NCBI GenBank assembly: GCA_040767195.1 | Contig: JAXGPA010000001.1 | Location: 1-64,000 of the forward strand | DNA: 64,000 bases | Direction: 5' to 3' | Origin: Syntrophales bacterium | GTDB lineage: Bacteria; Desulfobacterota; Syntrophia; Syntrophales; UBA6807 | Part shown: positions 28,061 through 39,200 of the stretch, one piece after another | How positions within the stretch are numbered: the stretch's first letter is position 1 | How the letters are laid out: each line of letters starts with the position of its first letter | Notes under the pieces: generated by a model | The model's input: only the letters and a program-made list of their open reading frames with translations | Told to the model about the DNA's origin: nothing | Databases searched by the model: none | Made by a program: the position numbers and the translations under genes

Positions 28061-28858
28061 TCAGGCTTCCTCCTTCCCGAGATAGGCCTCTATGACCCGG
28101 GGGTCATGGTAGATCTCTTCCGGTTTACCTTCGGCGATCTTGCGACCGCCATCCATGACCGCCACCCGGTGGGAAATCCCCATAACCACGTTCATGTCGT
28201 GTTCTATGAGGAGGATGGTGAGCGCGTCTTCCCGGATCAGATCTTTCAGAAATTCCATGAGTTCTTCCGTTTCCCTGGGATTCAAGCCGCTGCTCGGCTC
28301 GTCGAGGACGAGAAGAACCGGCTCGGTAGCCAGGGCCCGGGCGATCTCGAGCATCCGCTGCCGGCCGTAGGGGATATTCCTGGCCAGTTCATTCCGTACC
28401 CGGCTCAAGCCGGCCCGATCGATACACCACCCGGCCCTTTCGAAAAAGCGTGCTTCTTCTTCTTTCTGTGCCCGGGTCCTGAAAAGGGTGGACAGAACGC
28501 CGGCCTTCCCCCGGCTGTGCTGCCCCGCGGCGGCGTTTTCCAGGCACGTCATGTTCGGAAAGAGCCGTATGTTCTGAAACGTCCGAGCCATGCCCCTCTC
28601 GACGATCCGATGGGGCTTTTGTCCGGTGATCTTCTCCCCGCGGAAAAAAACCTCACCCCCTTCAGGCCTGTAGATGCCCGTCACGACATTGAACACCGTT
28701 GTCTTTCCCGCGCCGTTGGGACCGATGAGACTCAGGATTTCCCCGTGTCGAACCACGAGGTCCACCCCGTTGACCGCCGTCAGTCCCCCGAAAACCTTGG
28801 TGAGTTGACGGGTTTCGAGGACAACGGCGTCGCCGCCGCCCGAGGCCCGGTCATTCAT
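28061..28858 (-). CDS. livG: Branched-chain amino acid ABC transporter ATP-binding protein
   Basis: GPNGAGKT, RTFQNIRLF, PYGRQRMLEIARAL, IEHDM, VIEAYLG. Confidence 0.92.
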   Translation of the reverse strand: MNDRASGGGDAVVLETRQLTKVFGGLTAVNGVDLVVRHGEILSLIGPNGAGKTTVFNVVTGIYRPEGGEVFFRGEKITGQKPHRIVERGMARTFQNIRLFPNMTCLENAAAGQHSRGKAGVLSTLFRTRAQKEEEARFFERAGWCIDRAGLSRVRNELARNIPYGRQRMLEIARALATEPVLLVLDEPSSGLNPRETEELMEFLKDLIREDALTILLIEHDMNVVMGISHRVAVMDGGRKIAEGKPEEIYHDPRVIEAYLGKEEA

Positions 28859-29819
28859 GGGCCGCCTCCCGCCTCTTCCGGGGCCACACGCCGCCGGGCC
28901 GGAACATCATCATGAGGATCATGACGACGCCGAAAAACATCATCCGGTACATGGCGAACGGGCGAAGGATCTCGGGGAAGAGGCTGATCACCGCCGCGCC
29001 GATGAGGACACCGGGAATGGATCCCATGCCCCCGATGAGGACGATGCAGAAGAACAGGCAGGACTCCCAGAAGGTGAAGCTCTCCGGGGACACGCACATG
29101 AGCTTGCTCGCGTATACGTTCCCCGCAACCCCGGCCAGGGCCGCCCCGAGAACGAAGGCCAGAAGCTTGTAGTAGCGGACATCGATTCCGCTCGACCCCG
29201 CGGCGACCTCGTCCTCCCGGATGCAGTTCCAGGCCCTGCCGATCCGGGAGTCCTGGATGCGCAGGAGCCCGGCGATGGTCAGGGCCACGATGACCCAGAT
29301 GAGAAAATAATACTCGATGGAGGAGTCGATGACGAAAGGGCCGCCCAGGCTGGGAAAATCGATGCCGAAGACGCCGTTAGGGCCGCCAGTGAGGTCGAAG
29401 GGGTTGTTGATGAGGGCGAGCCGGACGATCTCCCCCATCCCGATGGTAACGATGCACAGGTAGTCCCCCCGGAGGTGGATGATGGGCGAACAGACCAGGT
29501 AGGCGAAAAGCCCCGCCGCCAGGGCGCTCACAGGAAGCAGAACCAGGATGGGAATGCCGAAATGGGTGTTCAGGATGGCCGTCGTGTAGGCGCCGATGGC
29601 GTAGAAACCGGCATGGCCCAGGTCGAACAGGCCCACCTCCCCGAGAACAATGTTCAGGCTGAGCCCGAGAAGGGCGTAGATGCCGAAGTAAAAGGCGATG
29701 TCGATGTAATAGTCGCTCACCACGAAGGGATAGATAAAAAACACCGTGAGAAGGAGAAGAAGAAAGCTCAGCGGGGAACCGAAAAAACGATCGAAACGTC
29801 GAGACGAAACGGCTTCCAT
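28851..29819 (-). CDS. livM: Branched-chain amino acid ABC transporter permease
   Basis: LGHAGFYAIGAY, LRGDYL, TGGPNG, IREDEVAA. Confidence 0.9.
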   Translation of the reverse strand: MEAVSSRRFDRFFGSPLSFLLLLLTVFFIYPFVVSDYYIDIAFYFGIYALLGLSLNIVLGEVGLFDLGHAGFYAIGAYTTAILNTHFGIPILVLLPVSALAAGLFAYLVCSPIIHLRGDYLCIVTIGMGEIVRLALINNPFDLTGGPNGVFGIDFPSLGGPFVIDSSIEYYFLIWVIVALTIAGLLRIQDSRIGRAWNCIREDEVAAGSSGIDVRYYKLLAFVLGAALAGVAGNVYASKLMCVSPESFTFWESCLFFCIVLIGGMGSIPGVLIGAAVISLFPEILRPFAMYRMMFFGVVMILMMMFRPGGVWPRKRREAAHE

Positions 29820-29822
29820 GGG

Positions 29823-30749
29823 TTATACCTTCTCCGCCACCTTTTCCCCGAAAAGCCCCGTGGGCCGGAAAATGAGGACCAGGATCAGAATCAGAAAAAC
29901 GAAGACGTCCTTCCAGGCCGCGGAAATGTACGCGGCGCCGAACATCTCGAGGACGCCCAGAATGAGCCCGCCGAACATGGCCCCCGGCAGGTTCCCGATC
30001 CCCCCCAGTATGGTCGCGGTGAAGGCTTTGAGACCGTAATTCCAGCCCATGACGAAACTGATCTGGCGGTAGTACATCCCCACCATGACCCCCGCCATGG
30101 CGCCCAGGGCCGGCCCCAGCGTGAAGATAAAGAATATGATGCGGTTGAAGTTGATGCCCATGAGGGACGCCGTGTCCCGGTCCAGGGCCGTGGCCCGGAC
30201 GGCGGCGCCGAAGGTTGTCCGCTGGATCACCGTGTAGAGGATCCCCATGAGAAGGAAAGAGAGGACGAGGATAAGGACCTGGAGAAGGGTGATGTGAATG
30301 TTCCCGATCTGGAGATGGATATTGGGGATAAGGGCCGCCGGGTAGGCCTGGTAACGGGGCCCCCAGATAACCATGATGGCGTTCTGGAGAACGATGGAGG
30401 CCCCCAGGGCGGACACGACGGCGGGGAGACGCCCGGCCGGATAGATGGGCCGGTAGGCCACCCGTTCCACGACGATCCCGACGAGAGCGACGCTGGCCGC
30501 GGCCACCACGAGGGCCACGGCCAGGCCGCCCCACAGACCGAAATGAACGGTGACGAGGGACACGGCGAAGACCAGAAAGGTGTAGCCGATATAGGAACCG
30601 AGCGTGAAAAAGTCTCCATGGGCGAAATTGATGAGCTTGAGAACCCCGTACACCATGGAGTAGCCCAGGGCGATGAGGGCGTAGAAAGAGCCGATGGTGA
30701 GCCCGTTGATCAGCTGTTCAAGAAAGACGCCCATGGGCGGTCCCGTCAC
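29823..30749 (-). CDS. livH: Branched-chain amino acid ABC transporter permease
   Basis: YALIALGYSMVYGVLKLINFAHG, GLKAF..LGGIG, RPTGLFG. Confidence 0.92.
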   Translation of the reverse strand: MTGPPMGVFLEQLINGLTIGSFYALIALGYSMVYGVLKLINFAHGDFFTLGSYIGYTFLVFAVSLVTVHFGLWGGLAVALVVAAASVALVGIVVERVAYRPIYPAGRLPAVVSALGASIVLQNAIMVIWGPRYQAYPAALIPNIHLQIGNIHITLLQVLILVLSFLLMGILYTVIQRTTFGAAVRATALDRDTASLMGINFNRIIFFIFTLGPALGAMAGVMVGMYYRQISFVMGWNYGLKAFTATILGGIGNLPGAMFGGLILGVLEMFGAAYISAAWKDVFVFLILILVLIFRPTGLFGEKVAEKV

Positions 30750-30755
30750 CCTCTT

Positions 30756-31910
30756 TTACTTTGACACGACAATGTGACCCTGGTCATCGACGACATAAAG
30801 ATAGAAAGGAACCCCCTCCCTGTCCCCCTGGGCGGTGAAGCCGATGGGACCCGTTATGCCGGGAACGCCGTCCACCTTGTCTCTCAGGTAATCCGCCAGG
30901 ACGTCCGAATTCGTGGATTTCGTCTTGTCCACGGCGTAGGCGATGATGTTGACCGCGTCGGCGGCGTAGATGGGCCAGGGGCTGGAGGGAATTTCACCGT
31001 ACTTGTCCTTGTAGGCCTTCAGGAACTCCTTGGCCTGGGGATAGGGAAGGTCCGCCGGCAGGGGTTCGTTGGTCATGTAGCACCCCTTGGCGAGATCGAG
31101 GCCGGCGATCTTGACAAACTCGTCGTTGATCGCCGCGTTCCCGCCGATGAAGGGGCAGGTGATCCCGATTTCCCGGGCCTGGGTGACCAGGAGGGCCGCC
31201 TCGGCGTAGTAACCCGTGAAGTACCACGCATCGGGCTTCGTCTCCCGAAGCTGGGTCAGGGACACCCGGAAATCTTTTTCACCGGGTGTGATGGCGTCGA
31301 AATAGACGATTTCCACCTTACCGGCCTGAACCATGGCATCGAGGGCTTTTTTCGTGTCTTCCGCAAGCCCTTTCCCGAAGGCGGTGTTGTCGTGCATGAT
31401 GGCGATACGCTTGGCGTTGAACTTGGCGGGGACGGTGTCGGCGAAGAACCTCCCCTGGGAATCGTCCCGGCCGCAGGTCCGGAAGAAATATTTGAAATCC
31501 CGCTGGGTGAGACGGACCGCCGTGACGCCGTAGCCGATGTTCACCTTTTTGAATTTTTCGTAAATCGTCGACGCCGTCTCGCAGACCGAAGAACCGTAGG
31601 TGGAAACGGAGGCCACCACGTCTTTCTGCCCGACGAGCTTCTGGGCCGCCAGGGCGCCCGTCTTCGGCTCCCCGGCATCGTCGACGACCCGGATTTCCAC
31701 CATCCGCCCGTCAAGGATTCCGCCCTTCTGATTGATCAGCGCGGCGGCAATTTCACAGGACTGTTTCGCCATCTGCCCCTCGTAGGCCCAAGGCCCCGTG
31801 ATCGGGCCCTGGAGACCGATGACCACGGGCTTCTTGTCCGCCGCGAAGGCGGAGGACGCCACAACCGCAAGACACACTCCCAGCACGAGCAAAACTTTTG
31901 AAATCTTCAT
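30756..31910 (-). CDS. livK: Branched-chain amino acid ABC transporter substrate-binding protein
   Basis: AGGAG RBS, signal peptide MKISKVLL..AFA, GPITGPWA, FRTCGRDDSQG. Confidence 0.85.
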   Translation of the reverse strand: MKISKVLLVLGVCLAVVASSAFAADKKPVVIGLQGPITGPWAYEGQMAKQSCEIAAALINQKGGILDGRMVEIRVVDDAGEPKTGALAAQKLVGQKDVVASVSTYGSSVCETASTIYEKFKKVNIGYGVTAVRLTQRDFKYFFRTCGRDDSQGRFFADTVPAKFNAKRIAIMHDNTAFGKGLAEDTKKALDAMVQAGKVEIVYFDAITPGEKDFRVSLTQLRETKPDAWYFTGYYAEAALLVTQAREIGITCPFIGGNAAINDEFVKIAGLDLAKGCYMTNEPLPADLPYPQAKEFLKAYKDKYGEIPSSPWPIYAADAVNIIAYAVDKTKSTNSDVLADYLRDKVDGVPGITGPIGFTAQGDREGVPFYLYVVDDQGHIVVSK

Positions 31911-32107
31911 TTCCCGTCGAACTCCTTCCTGACAAAAGTAGAAATCCTGATCGCCCGAAAAGGTCTGCCCTTTTCCTCCCTGCCACGTTGTTCTTCCCGG
32001 CCGCCCCCTTTGTTCCCCCGTCACACGGGAAGGCCTGACACCGAAAATATTAACGGATATCAGGATGTTCCATCGGAATACAGGGACAGCCTTCCTTCCG
32101 GGAGGGG

Positions 32108-32136
32108 AGTATAGAAAAGGGCCGGGGGCCTGTCAA
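32108..32136 (-). promoter_or_regulatory. Sigma70 promoter of the liv operon
   Basis: Minus strand TTGACA-17 bp-TATACT. Confidence 0.7.
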
Positions 32137-32211
32137 GGATAATATTGCAATGAGGCGCACTTAAGGGAAACAGGACGACAGGGGCGCCGGGCGGCGCCCC
32201 GGGGAGAAGAC

Positions 32212-33162
32212 TCACGGCGAAGCCGGTCCATGCTGGCGGACGCGGTCCGGCGCCAGCTCGTCCCTCTCGCGGCCGAGTTGGAGAAGAACGATGGCGGCGA
32301 CGACAAGGATCCCCCCCATTGCCTGGAGGGGCTCCAGGACTTCCCCCAGGAGGAAAAAAGCCATGAAGGCCGCCGAAATGGGCTCCAGGGTGGCGGTGAT
32401 CATGGTCCGGGTGGACCGGATGTAATTTACCCCCATAAAGTAAAGGCCAAAGGGCAGGATGGTCCCCGCCATGACGACGTACAAAAGGACAAGCCACTGC
32501 CGGGGCGTGTAGGCGGCCCGAAAATACTGAAACGGTTCGTGGAGGACGTTCAGGGTCAGGCCGGCGAAGAGGAAGGCGTAAAACACCACCGTCCAGGGCC
32601 GGTAGCGGTGCATCCCCCGCTCGCCCAGGAGGGTGTAGGACCCGAAGGACAGGGCCGCCAGAAGCCCCCAGAGAATCCCCTCCCGGTTCATTTGCAGGAT
32701 CTGGAGGTTGTAGGCCCCGACCACGAGATAGCACCCCGCCATGGCCAGCACCAGGGCCGTCACTTTCGGCACCGTGACCCGTTCCTGCCAGAAGGCCATG
32801 GAATAGACGGCCACGAGCACCGGGGCCAGGTATTCGAGAAGAATGGCCGCCGCCACCTGAATCTTGCTGATGGCCATGAAATAGGAAAACTGGACGAGGA
32901 CGAGGACAACGCCGCCCAGGAGAAAAAAGTAGAGGAGATCACCCCGCCGGATGCGAAAAAGGGACCGGTCCACCAGGAGGAAGGCGAGGGCCATGAAGAC
33001 CGTCGAAAAGGTCACCCGGATCTGGACGAGCTGGAAGGGGGACATGCCCCCGTGAAAGAGGGCCTTGCCCACGGTCCCGCAGGAGGCCCACAGGAGAGCC
33101 GCGCCGATCACGGCGGCGTACCCCCTGGTCGATCCGGAAATCACGAAGGCTTCTCTCTTCAA
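32212..33162 (-). CDS. EamA/DMT family transporter
   Basis: About 10 TM helices in two repeats; LEYLAPV and TLEPISA. Confidence 0.88.
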   Translation of the reverse strand: MKREAFVISGSTRGYAAVIGAALLWASCGTVGKALFHGGMSPFQLVQIRVTFSTVFMALAFLLVDRSLFRIRRGDLLYFFLLGGVVLVLVQFSYFMAISKIQVAAAILLEYLAPVLVAVYSMAFWQERVTVPKVTALVLAMAGCYLVVGAYNLQILQMNREGILWGLLAALSFGSYTLLGERGMHRYRPWTVVFYAFLFAGLTLNVLHEPFQYFRAAYTPRQWLVLLYVVMAGTILPFGLYFMGVNYIRSTRTMITATLEPISAAFMAFFLLGEVLEPLQAMGGILVVAAIVLLQLGRERDELAPDRVRQHGPASP

Positions 33163-33287
33163 AGGTTACATCACCCTCCGCGCGTGGTTCGGCATGAATT
33201 ACAGGTCTCATTACATCATCGGGATTTGAAATTCAAACGGAGTTTCGGACCCTTTTTGCGGGAAACCGTTCCAGGCGGCCGGACCGC

Positions 33288-36203
33288 TCAAAAGGTGTAA
33301 CCGACGGCGAAGTGAAACCTTCCCATGCTTTCCCCGTCCCGGGGGTCCAACTTGAAGCCGTAGAGGATGCCTATGGGGCCCACGGGGGTGATGTACCGGA
33401 GCCCCAGCCCGGCGGAGGACCGGAACGACGGGAGATCCGTCTCTTCCCGCAACTGCCCCAGGTGCCCCCCGTCGAAGAAAAGGTCGAGCTCGAAATTTCT
33501 TCCCAGGTCTATCCGGGCCTCGACGCTTCCCATGAGGGAGACCCGTCCCCCCAGGCCGTTCCCGGCGCTGTCGTAATAAAGCCTGTTTTCGTCGTACCCG
33601 CGGACGGTGAAGGCGCCGCCCGAATAGAAAAGCTGATCGTCGGGAACGGAGGTGGCCGACCCGAAGGGCTCCAGGTACCCCCCCCGGCCGGCGAAGGCGA
33701 AGGTGAGCCGCTCCCACGGGGTGACGTAATACCGGACATCGAACCGGTATTTCAGGAAATTGTCCAGGGAATTGGTAATCCCTTTCGACACGTCCATGGC
33801 GACGGACGAGAACACCCCCTTCCGGGGCCTGAGAAAGGAATCCCGGGAATCGTAGTTGAGGGAAGGCGTCACGGTGAGGATGTCCCGGGCCTCTTCGGGA
33901 TCTTCTCCCGGGGATTCGTCATAAAGACCGGCTTCCCCGGTGAAAAACCGGGACTTTCGTTCCAGCCGTGCCCCGAGCCCCGCCGTCCACCTCGGTGACC
34001 AGGGCCAGGTCAATCCCGTGGAAACCCCGTAGCTTTTCGTCCCGAAATCCTGGTTGTACTCGGTCTTGCGCTCCCCGAAGAGAACCGCCGTGGCGGATAT
34101 GGAACTGCCGAAGAGACGGGGTTCCGTGAGCCCCACTTCCCCCCGGCTGGACGTGTCGCTCACCTCACCGGAAACGAACAGCTTCTTGTTCAGGCCGAAG
34201 AGGTTCCGGTCGCCGGCCTTGAGCTTTCCGTAAAACCCCTTGTCGGACTGGTATCCCAGGCTCGATTCCACGTAGTAGGGCCTTCTCTCCGTCACTTCGA
34301 CCAGGAGATCCGCCTTTTCCTTCTTTTCGGCCAGGCCGAAGGTCTTGAACCGGACGGAGTCGAAAATTCCCAGGTTCCGGAGATCCCTCTGGCTGTCGAG
34401 AACCTTTTCCAGGGTGAAGACCGTCCCCGGTTCCAGGTTCATGGTCTTCCTGAAAAGAGGTCCCCGGGTCCTGAAATTCCCCGAAAGAAAAACCTGATCC
34501 AGCGTCACCAGGGGCCCTTTCTCCACCCGGTAAACCAGGCGGGCTTCCCGGCCTCCTTCCGTGAACGCCGCTTCGCCCCTGACCCGGACGTGGGGATATC
34601 CCTTCCGGGAGACCGCCCCGCCGACGGCCTTTTCATCGTCACGGACCATGGACTCCCGGAAAGGCATCCCCCTTTCCAAGGAAAGAAGATCCCGGACCTC
34701 GGCTTCCATGTCCGGTTCCAGGCCTTCGAAGGACACGTCCGCCACCACGGTCCGGGGGCCTTCCCGAATCGTGACTGTGACGGCGACTTCCCGCCGGCCC
34801 TTCGTCCAGACGACCTCGTCACGGATCCCGGCGGAGAGGAATCCCTCCCGGGCATAAAGGGTCCGCAGGGCCGACAGGTCTTCACGCAAAACCTCGGGCA
34901 CGAAGGCACCGTCTCCCAGAAGACCGGGGGGACGGGTCAGCATTTCACCCCGGAGCGCTTCGGCGGACAGGGCCTCGTTGCCCTTGATGTCCACCGACAC
35001 CACGGTTGACCGGGACCCTTCGTCGATACGGAAGGTGACCCGGCGGACCGCCCCGTTCTTTCGTTCTTCAACGCGTTCCGATTCGACGTCGACCCGGGCC
35101 TGAAGAAATCCCCGGGACCGGTAACGGTCCCGGACATTCGCCACGGTCCGCAGGATTCCCAGGTCGTGGGCGTTGCCCTCACGGAAAATGGCGATCTCCT
35201 TCCGGAGAACCCGCTCGGCGATGGACGCGTTTCCCTGGAAAAGCACCTCGTAACGGTCCCCCTCCCGGACGTCGATTTCCACGGTCACCTCCCCGGGGCC
35301 GCCCTTTCGAGAAACGGTTGCCTCGAGCCTGGCGTCGGCATACCCTTCTCCGCGGTAAAAGGCTGTCAGGGACTTCAGGTCCTTGTCCAGTTCCGCCGGG
35401 AGAAACCGTCCGGCCATTCCGGGAACGAGGCTCATCCGCCAGGTCTTCATGCGCCATTTGAGCCGGTCCTCGTCGAAGCCGTCGTTGCCCCTGAGGACGA
35501 GGGTCTCCAGGGTGTCGTAAGGCCCCTTCACGATGTGCACCCGGAGGGTCACGGCCAGGGGGTCTTCCTCCCGGTCCGTCTCCAGGTTCACCCGGACTTC
35601 GTTGAACCCTTCATTCCGGTAAAGATCGGCGATCCGGGCCGCTTCCCGGGCAAGGTCGTCTTCCCGGAAAGCGCTCCCGGCGGAGAGGGTCATGACGGCC
35701 CGGACGTCGCTTTCGAAAAGGGGATAATTCCCGTCGATTTCAATTTTATGGATCTGCGGGAGGGCGGTCATCACGAAGAGGACGGCCGTCGCATCGCCAT
35801 CCCGCTCGCTTTCCACGCGGACATCATCGAAAAGACCCGTTCCCTCCAGCGCCCGGAGGGTTTCCTCCAGGGAATCCTGCGCCAGGGGGGTGCCGGCGGA
35901 AAGAAAAAGATCGATGAGGCCCCGGGCCGTCTGCCTGGCCTTCGCCGCCGCCGGGTGCGGCGGATTCACCTGCAGGACGATTCCGGAAATGACAGGCGTC
36001 CCGGCGGTCTCTGCCCCGGATCCCGCCTGCGGGTCTTTCGCTTCCCCGAGGCCCGGAAGAAGGAGGATGATCAACACCAGCGAAAAAACAAAGAGGCCCG
36101 CCTGTCTTTTTTTTAAGAAGCCTTTACCCATGGTCGACTCAAAAAAACCGTAAATATTAAACTCTTCAGAATCCTTCTTAACGAACACTCTCCCTTGGCT
36201 CAC
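33288..36203 (-). CDS. Omp85 family (TamA/BamA-like) outer membrane protein with multiple POTRA domains
   Basis: Repeated POTRA-like segments, SGGAFTVRGY, GLRYITPVGPI, C-terminal YTF; start may be 36132. Confidence 0.88.
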   Translation of the reverse strand: MSQGRVFVKKDSEEFNIYGFFESTMGKGFLKKRQAGLFVFSLVLIILLLPGLGEAKDPQAGSGAETAGTPVISGIVLQVNPPHPAAAKARQTARGLIDLFLSAGTPLAQDSLEETLRALEGTGLFDDVRVESERDGDATAVLFVMTALPQIHKIEIDGNYPLFESDVRAVMTLSAGSAFREDDLAREAARIADLYRNEGFNEVRVNLETDREEDPLAVTLRVHIVKGPYDTLETLVLRGNDGFDEDRLKWRMKTWRMSLVPGMAGRFLPAELDKDLKSLTAFYRGEGYADARLEATVSRKGGPGEVTVEIDVREGDRYEVLFQGNASIAERVLRKEIAIFREGNAHDLGILRTVANVRDRYRSRGFLQARVDVESERVEERKNGAVRRVTFRIDEGSRSTVVSVDIKGNEALSAEALRGEMLTRPPGLLGDGAFVPEVLREDLSALRTLYAREGFLSAGIRDEVVWTKGRREVAVTVTIREGPRTVVADVSFEGLEPDMEAEVRDLLSLERGMPFRESMVRDDEKAVGGAVSRKGYPHVRVRGEAAFTEGGREARLVYRVEKGPLVTLDQVFLSGNFRTRGPLFRKTMNLEPGTVFTLEKVLDSQRDLRNLGIFDSVRFKTFGLAEKKEKADLLVEVTERRPYYVESSLGYQSDKGFYGKLKAGDRNLFGLNKKLFVSGEVSDTSSRGEVGLTEPRLFGSSISATAVLFGERKTEYNQDFGTKSYGVSTGLTWPWSPRWTAGLGARLERKSRFFTGEAGLYDESPGEDPEEARDILTVTPSLNYDSRDSFLRPRKGVFSSVAMDVSKGITNSLDNFLKYRFDVRYYVTPWERLTFAFAGRGGYLEPFGSATSVPDDQLFYSGGAFTVRGYDENRLYYDSAGNGLGGRVSLMGSVEARIDLGRNFELDLFFDGGHLGQLREETDLPSFRSSAGLGLRYITPVGPIGILYGFKLDPRDGESMGRFHFAVGYTF

Positions 36204-39200
36204 CGGAACTCGAAACGAAGCTGGATCTCCCCGCCGTAGGCGCCCCGGCTGTTCTGAAAGCCTCTCAGGAGAAGACCCTCAAGGAGCTTGTACTCCCCCA
36301 CCGCTTCCTGGACGACCTCGCCGTCTTCCGATCCCACGTTGTATTCCACCCCGAAACGGCGGGTGATCTTCTTCCCCAGGGTCACCTGTATGTTCGAGCC
36401 GGTTTCCCCGTTTTCACCGGCCTTTGCCTTGATTTCGAAAACGTCGAGTCCGGTCAGCTCCCGGACCTGCCCCGACAGGGTGGAGGCGACGAGTTCGGCG
36501 AGCATCTGCTCCGGCGAGGCGGACCCGCCCCCGGTGCCGCCGGCGAGCTCCCGGGTCGTTTTCCCGAAAAGGAGAAGGGCGAGGATGTCCTGGTCTTCCT
36601 CCGACGGTGTCGAGGAGAGTATGAATTTCAGGCTGTCCAGCGTCCCGGTGATGTCGAGGAGGATGACCCAGTCCCGGACCCGCACACGGCTCTGGAAATC
36701 CAGACGGGGGTCTACACGGTCGGGGCTGGTGAAGTCGAGAATCCCGCGGTCGACGGTGAAAGTCCGGTCCTGGTAGGTCACCGTGCCGGATTGCACGGTC
36801 ACCCGCCCGAAAAGAAGCGGGTCATTCCAGGTCCCCCCGGCCCGGAGGTCCTGGACGACGACCAGGCGGGCCACGTTGTTGTCCACGAGGAAGGGCTTTT
36901 CCTGGCGGAACAGGATATCCAGGGCCAGGTTTTTCAGGTAGGGCAGGGCGGCGGGCTCCCGGGACGGCGATACGGATCGTTTCCGTTCCAGGAAGCTCCG
37001 CAGATCAAGGCCCGTCTTCCTGTAATAAAGGCCCTCCACGAAGGTCACCGTCCCCTCGAGGCGGCCCGCTTCCGGTGTGCCTCGAAGGGCCAGGTCGGCG
37101 TTCATGACGACCTGGAGGGTGTTGGGGACGAGAAAAGGCAATCGTTCCCCCTTCAGCCGGAGATCCGTTTCGCCGGGCACCAGGTGGTCCAAAGCGACGG
37201 TGCCGTCGAGGGAGAAGGGGCCCTCTTCGAGAAATCCCCGGACATCCGCCACGGTTATCGCCGTCGTCGTGAAGCCGATTTTCCCCCGGACGTCCCGGAC
37301 CCGCTCCATGAGGGGTAAAACGGTCATACCGAGGTTTTCCAGGGAAATCTCGCCCTGAATTTCGGGACGGGCGAACGTGCCCCCCACCTGGGCGTAACCG
37401 GTGACCCGCCCCGCCAGATCGGCGAGGTCGCCGGCGAAGGGTCCGACCGCCGCCAGCGGGACGGAACCGTCTATTCGGAAGTCCAGTTCGCCGCCCAGGG
37501 CACCCCGGCCCGCCAGGGTCAACGCCCCTTCCTCCACGAGGCGCACCGGGCGGCCGGGCAGCAGCGACAGAACGCCCTTTCGAATCTCCGCCCTGATTTC
37601 GTCCGCCGAAAGAATCCGGGTGCCGTCATAGAAAACCTGAAGGGCGGACAGGTCGATCTCCCCGTCGATTTCTTCCGGGCGGCGGGCATTGCCGGCGAGC
37701 CGAACCGTTCCGGCGGCTTCCCCACCCCACCGGGCAAGCCCGAAGAGAGAGAAAAAAGGCGCCAGGTCTTTTTTCGCCAGGGAGAGGGCGGCGGAAAAGT
37801 CCCCCGTTTCCCAGCGGTACCAGGCCTCCAGGGGAAAATCGCCCGTTCCCGCCAGGGCGGCGGTCCCGTCCCGGGCCTCGCCATGAAAGGAAAAATTTCC
37901 CAGGGGCCGGCCGTAAAGGGCGACGTCTTCAAAATCGATGGTCCCTTCCGCCCCGGGGTTTTTCACGTCCCCTTCCCCGGTGAAATCAAAGGCCGTCCTG
38001 CCTTTCAAAGGAACACGCTTCGCGATCCAGCCGATGCTTTCCAGTGAAACGCCTGAACTGGACACGTTTCCCCCGTAGCGACCCCCCGGGACGAACCACC
38101 CGCCGGCCTCGACCGACTCGCCCTCCCGGGGGGACACGGCGAGAGATTCCAGGATGATTTTCCCGCCTTCGAGGACGATTTTCCCGTCGAGAGCCGCCAA
38201 CTCCTGGTCTGGAAAATTGAGGTCCCGGCCCTGGAGACGGACCTGCCCCCGGGGGTTTTTCAGCGTTCCTTCCAGGTCCGCCTCGAAAAAAACTTTTCCT
38301 CCCAGGGTGCCGCGGAAATCCTCCAGAAAGACGGGATCCCCCCGGAGGCGGACCTGGAAACGAGGCGCCTCGGCCAGATCCTTGAGCCCCTTCTCGAAAA
38401 GGGCGGCGGTCCCGGTGATTTCCAGCCTCGATTCGCCGTTTTCGACGTGAAGACGGGAAAGATCCACCTCCCCGGAGGGTGCGACGCTGCCGTCCCCGTC
38501 CACATCGCCGATGACGATATCCCCGTATCGAAGCCCCTGAGCCCGGAAACGGGCCGTGAAACAAGGATTTTCCAGGGATCCCGTTCCGGATGCCTCGAGA
38601 CGGGCCGATCCGTCCAGGGACACGAACTCGGAAACAAGGGGAACCCGGGAAAGATCCTCGGCGGCAACGGACATTTTTCCGACAAAGGCCTTTCCCGCCG
38701 GATCGAAACGCCCCTCGACGCGAAGGTCGGCATTCCCGTCCACGATCCGGAGGGGATTGAGGGACAAAACCCTTTCCTTCCACGACCCGGAAACGTCGAG
38801 CCGCAGGTCCGAAGGCTCGGGGACCGCCGCGGATGCGATGGCCACCCCCCGGCCCTTCGCGGTGAAGGAAAGGTCCATCGTTTCCGGGTCCGTTCCCCGC
38901 CCCCGGAAGGAGCCGTCCAGCCCGACAAGTCCCGACACCCGGCCCGCCAGGGGCGGCAGGGCCGCCAGCCGGATTCCTTCGCTTTTCCAGGTTCCCTCGT
39001 ATTCCACGGCGGAAAGGTCTCCCCCCGCGGTGAATCCCCGGGGGAAGGCTCTTTGAAAACCCATCCTCCCCGAAGCGGCCGCCGTCCCGCCCAGGGCGGC
39101 GATATCGAGCCTCTCCAGGGAAAGAACGCGATCCAGGAAACGAAGATCCATTTCCGCCTTGTCGAGAGGATATCCCAGGAGGGCGCTTTTTCCCATGCTG

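Noticed and set aside
28857..30764. Long antisense ORFs (also 40337-42685, 52579-54210, 55123-57405)
   Set aside because: Shadow ORFs opposite well-supported genes, expected with high GC3; no motifs.
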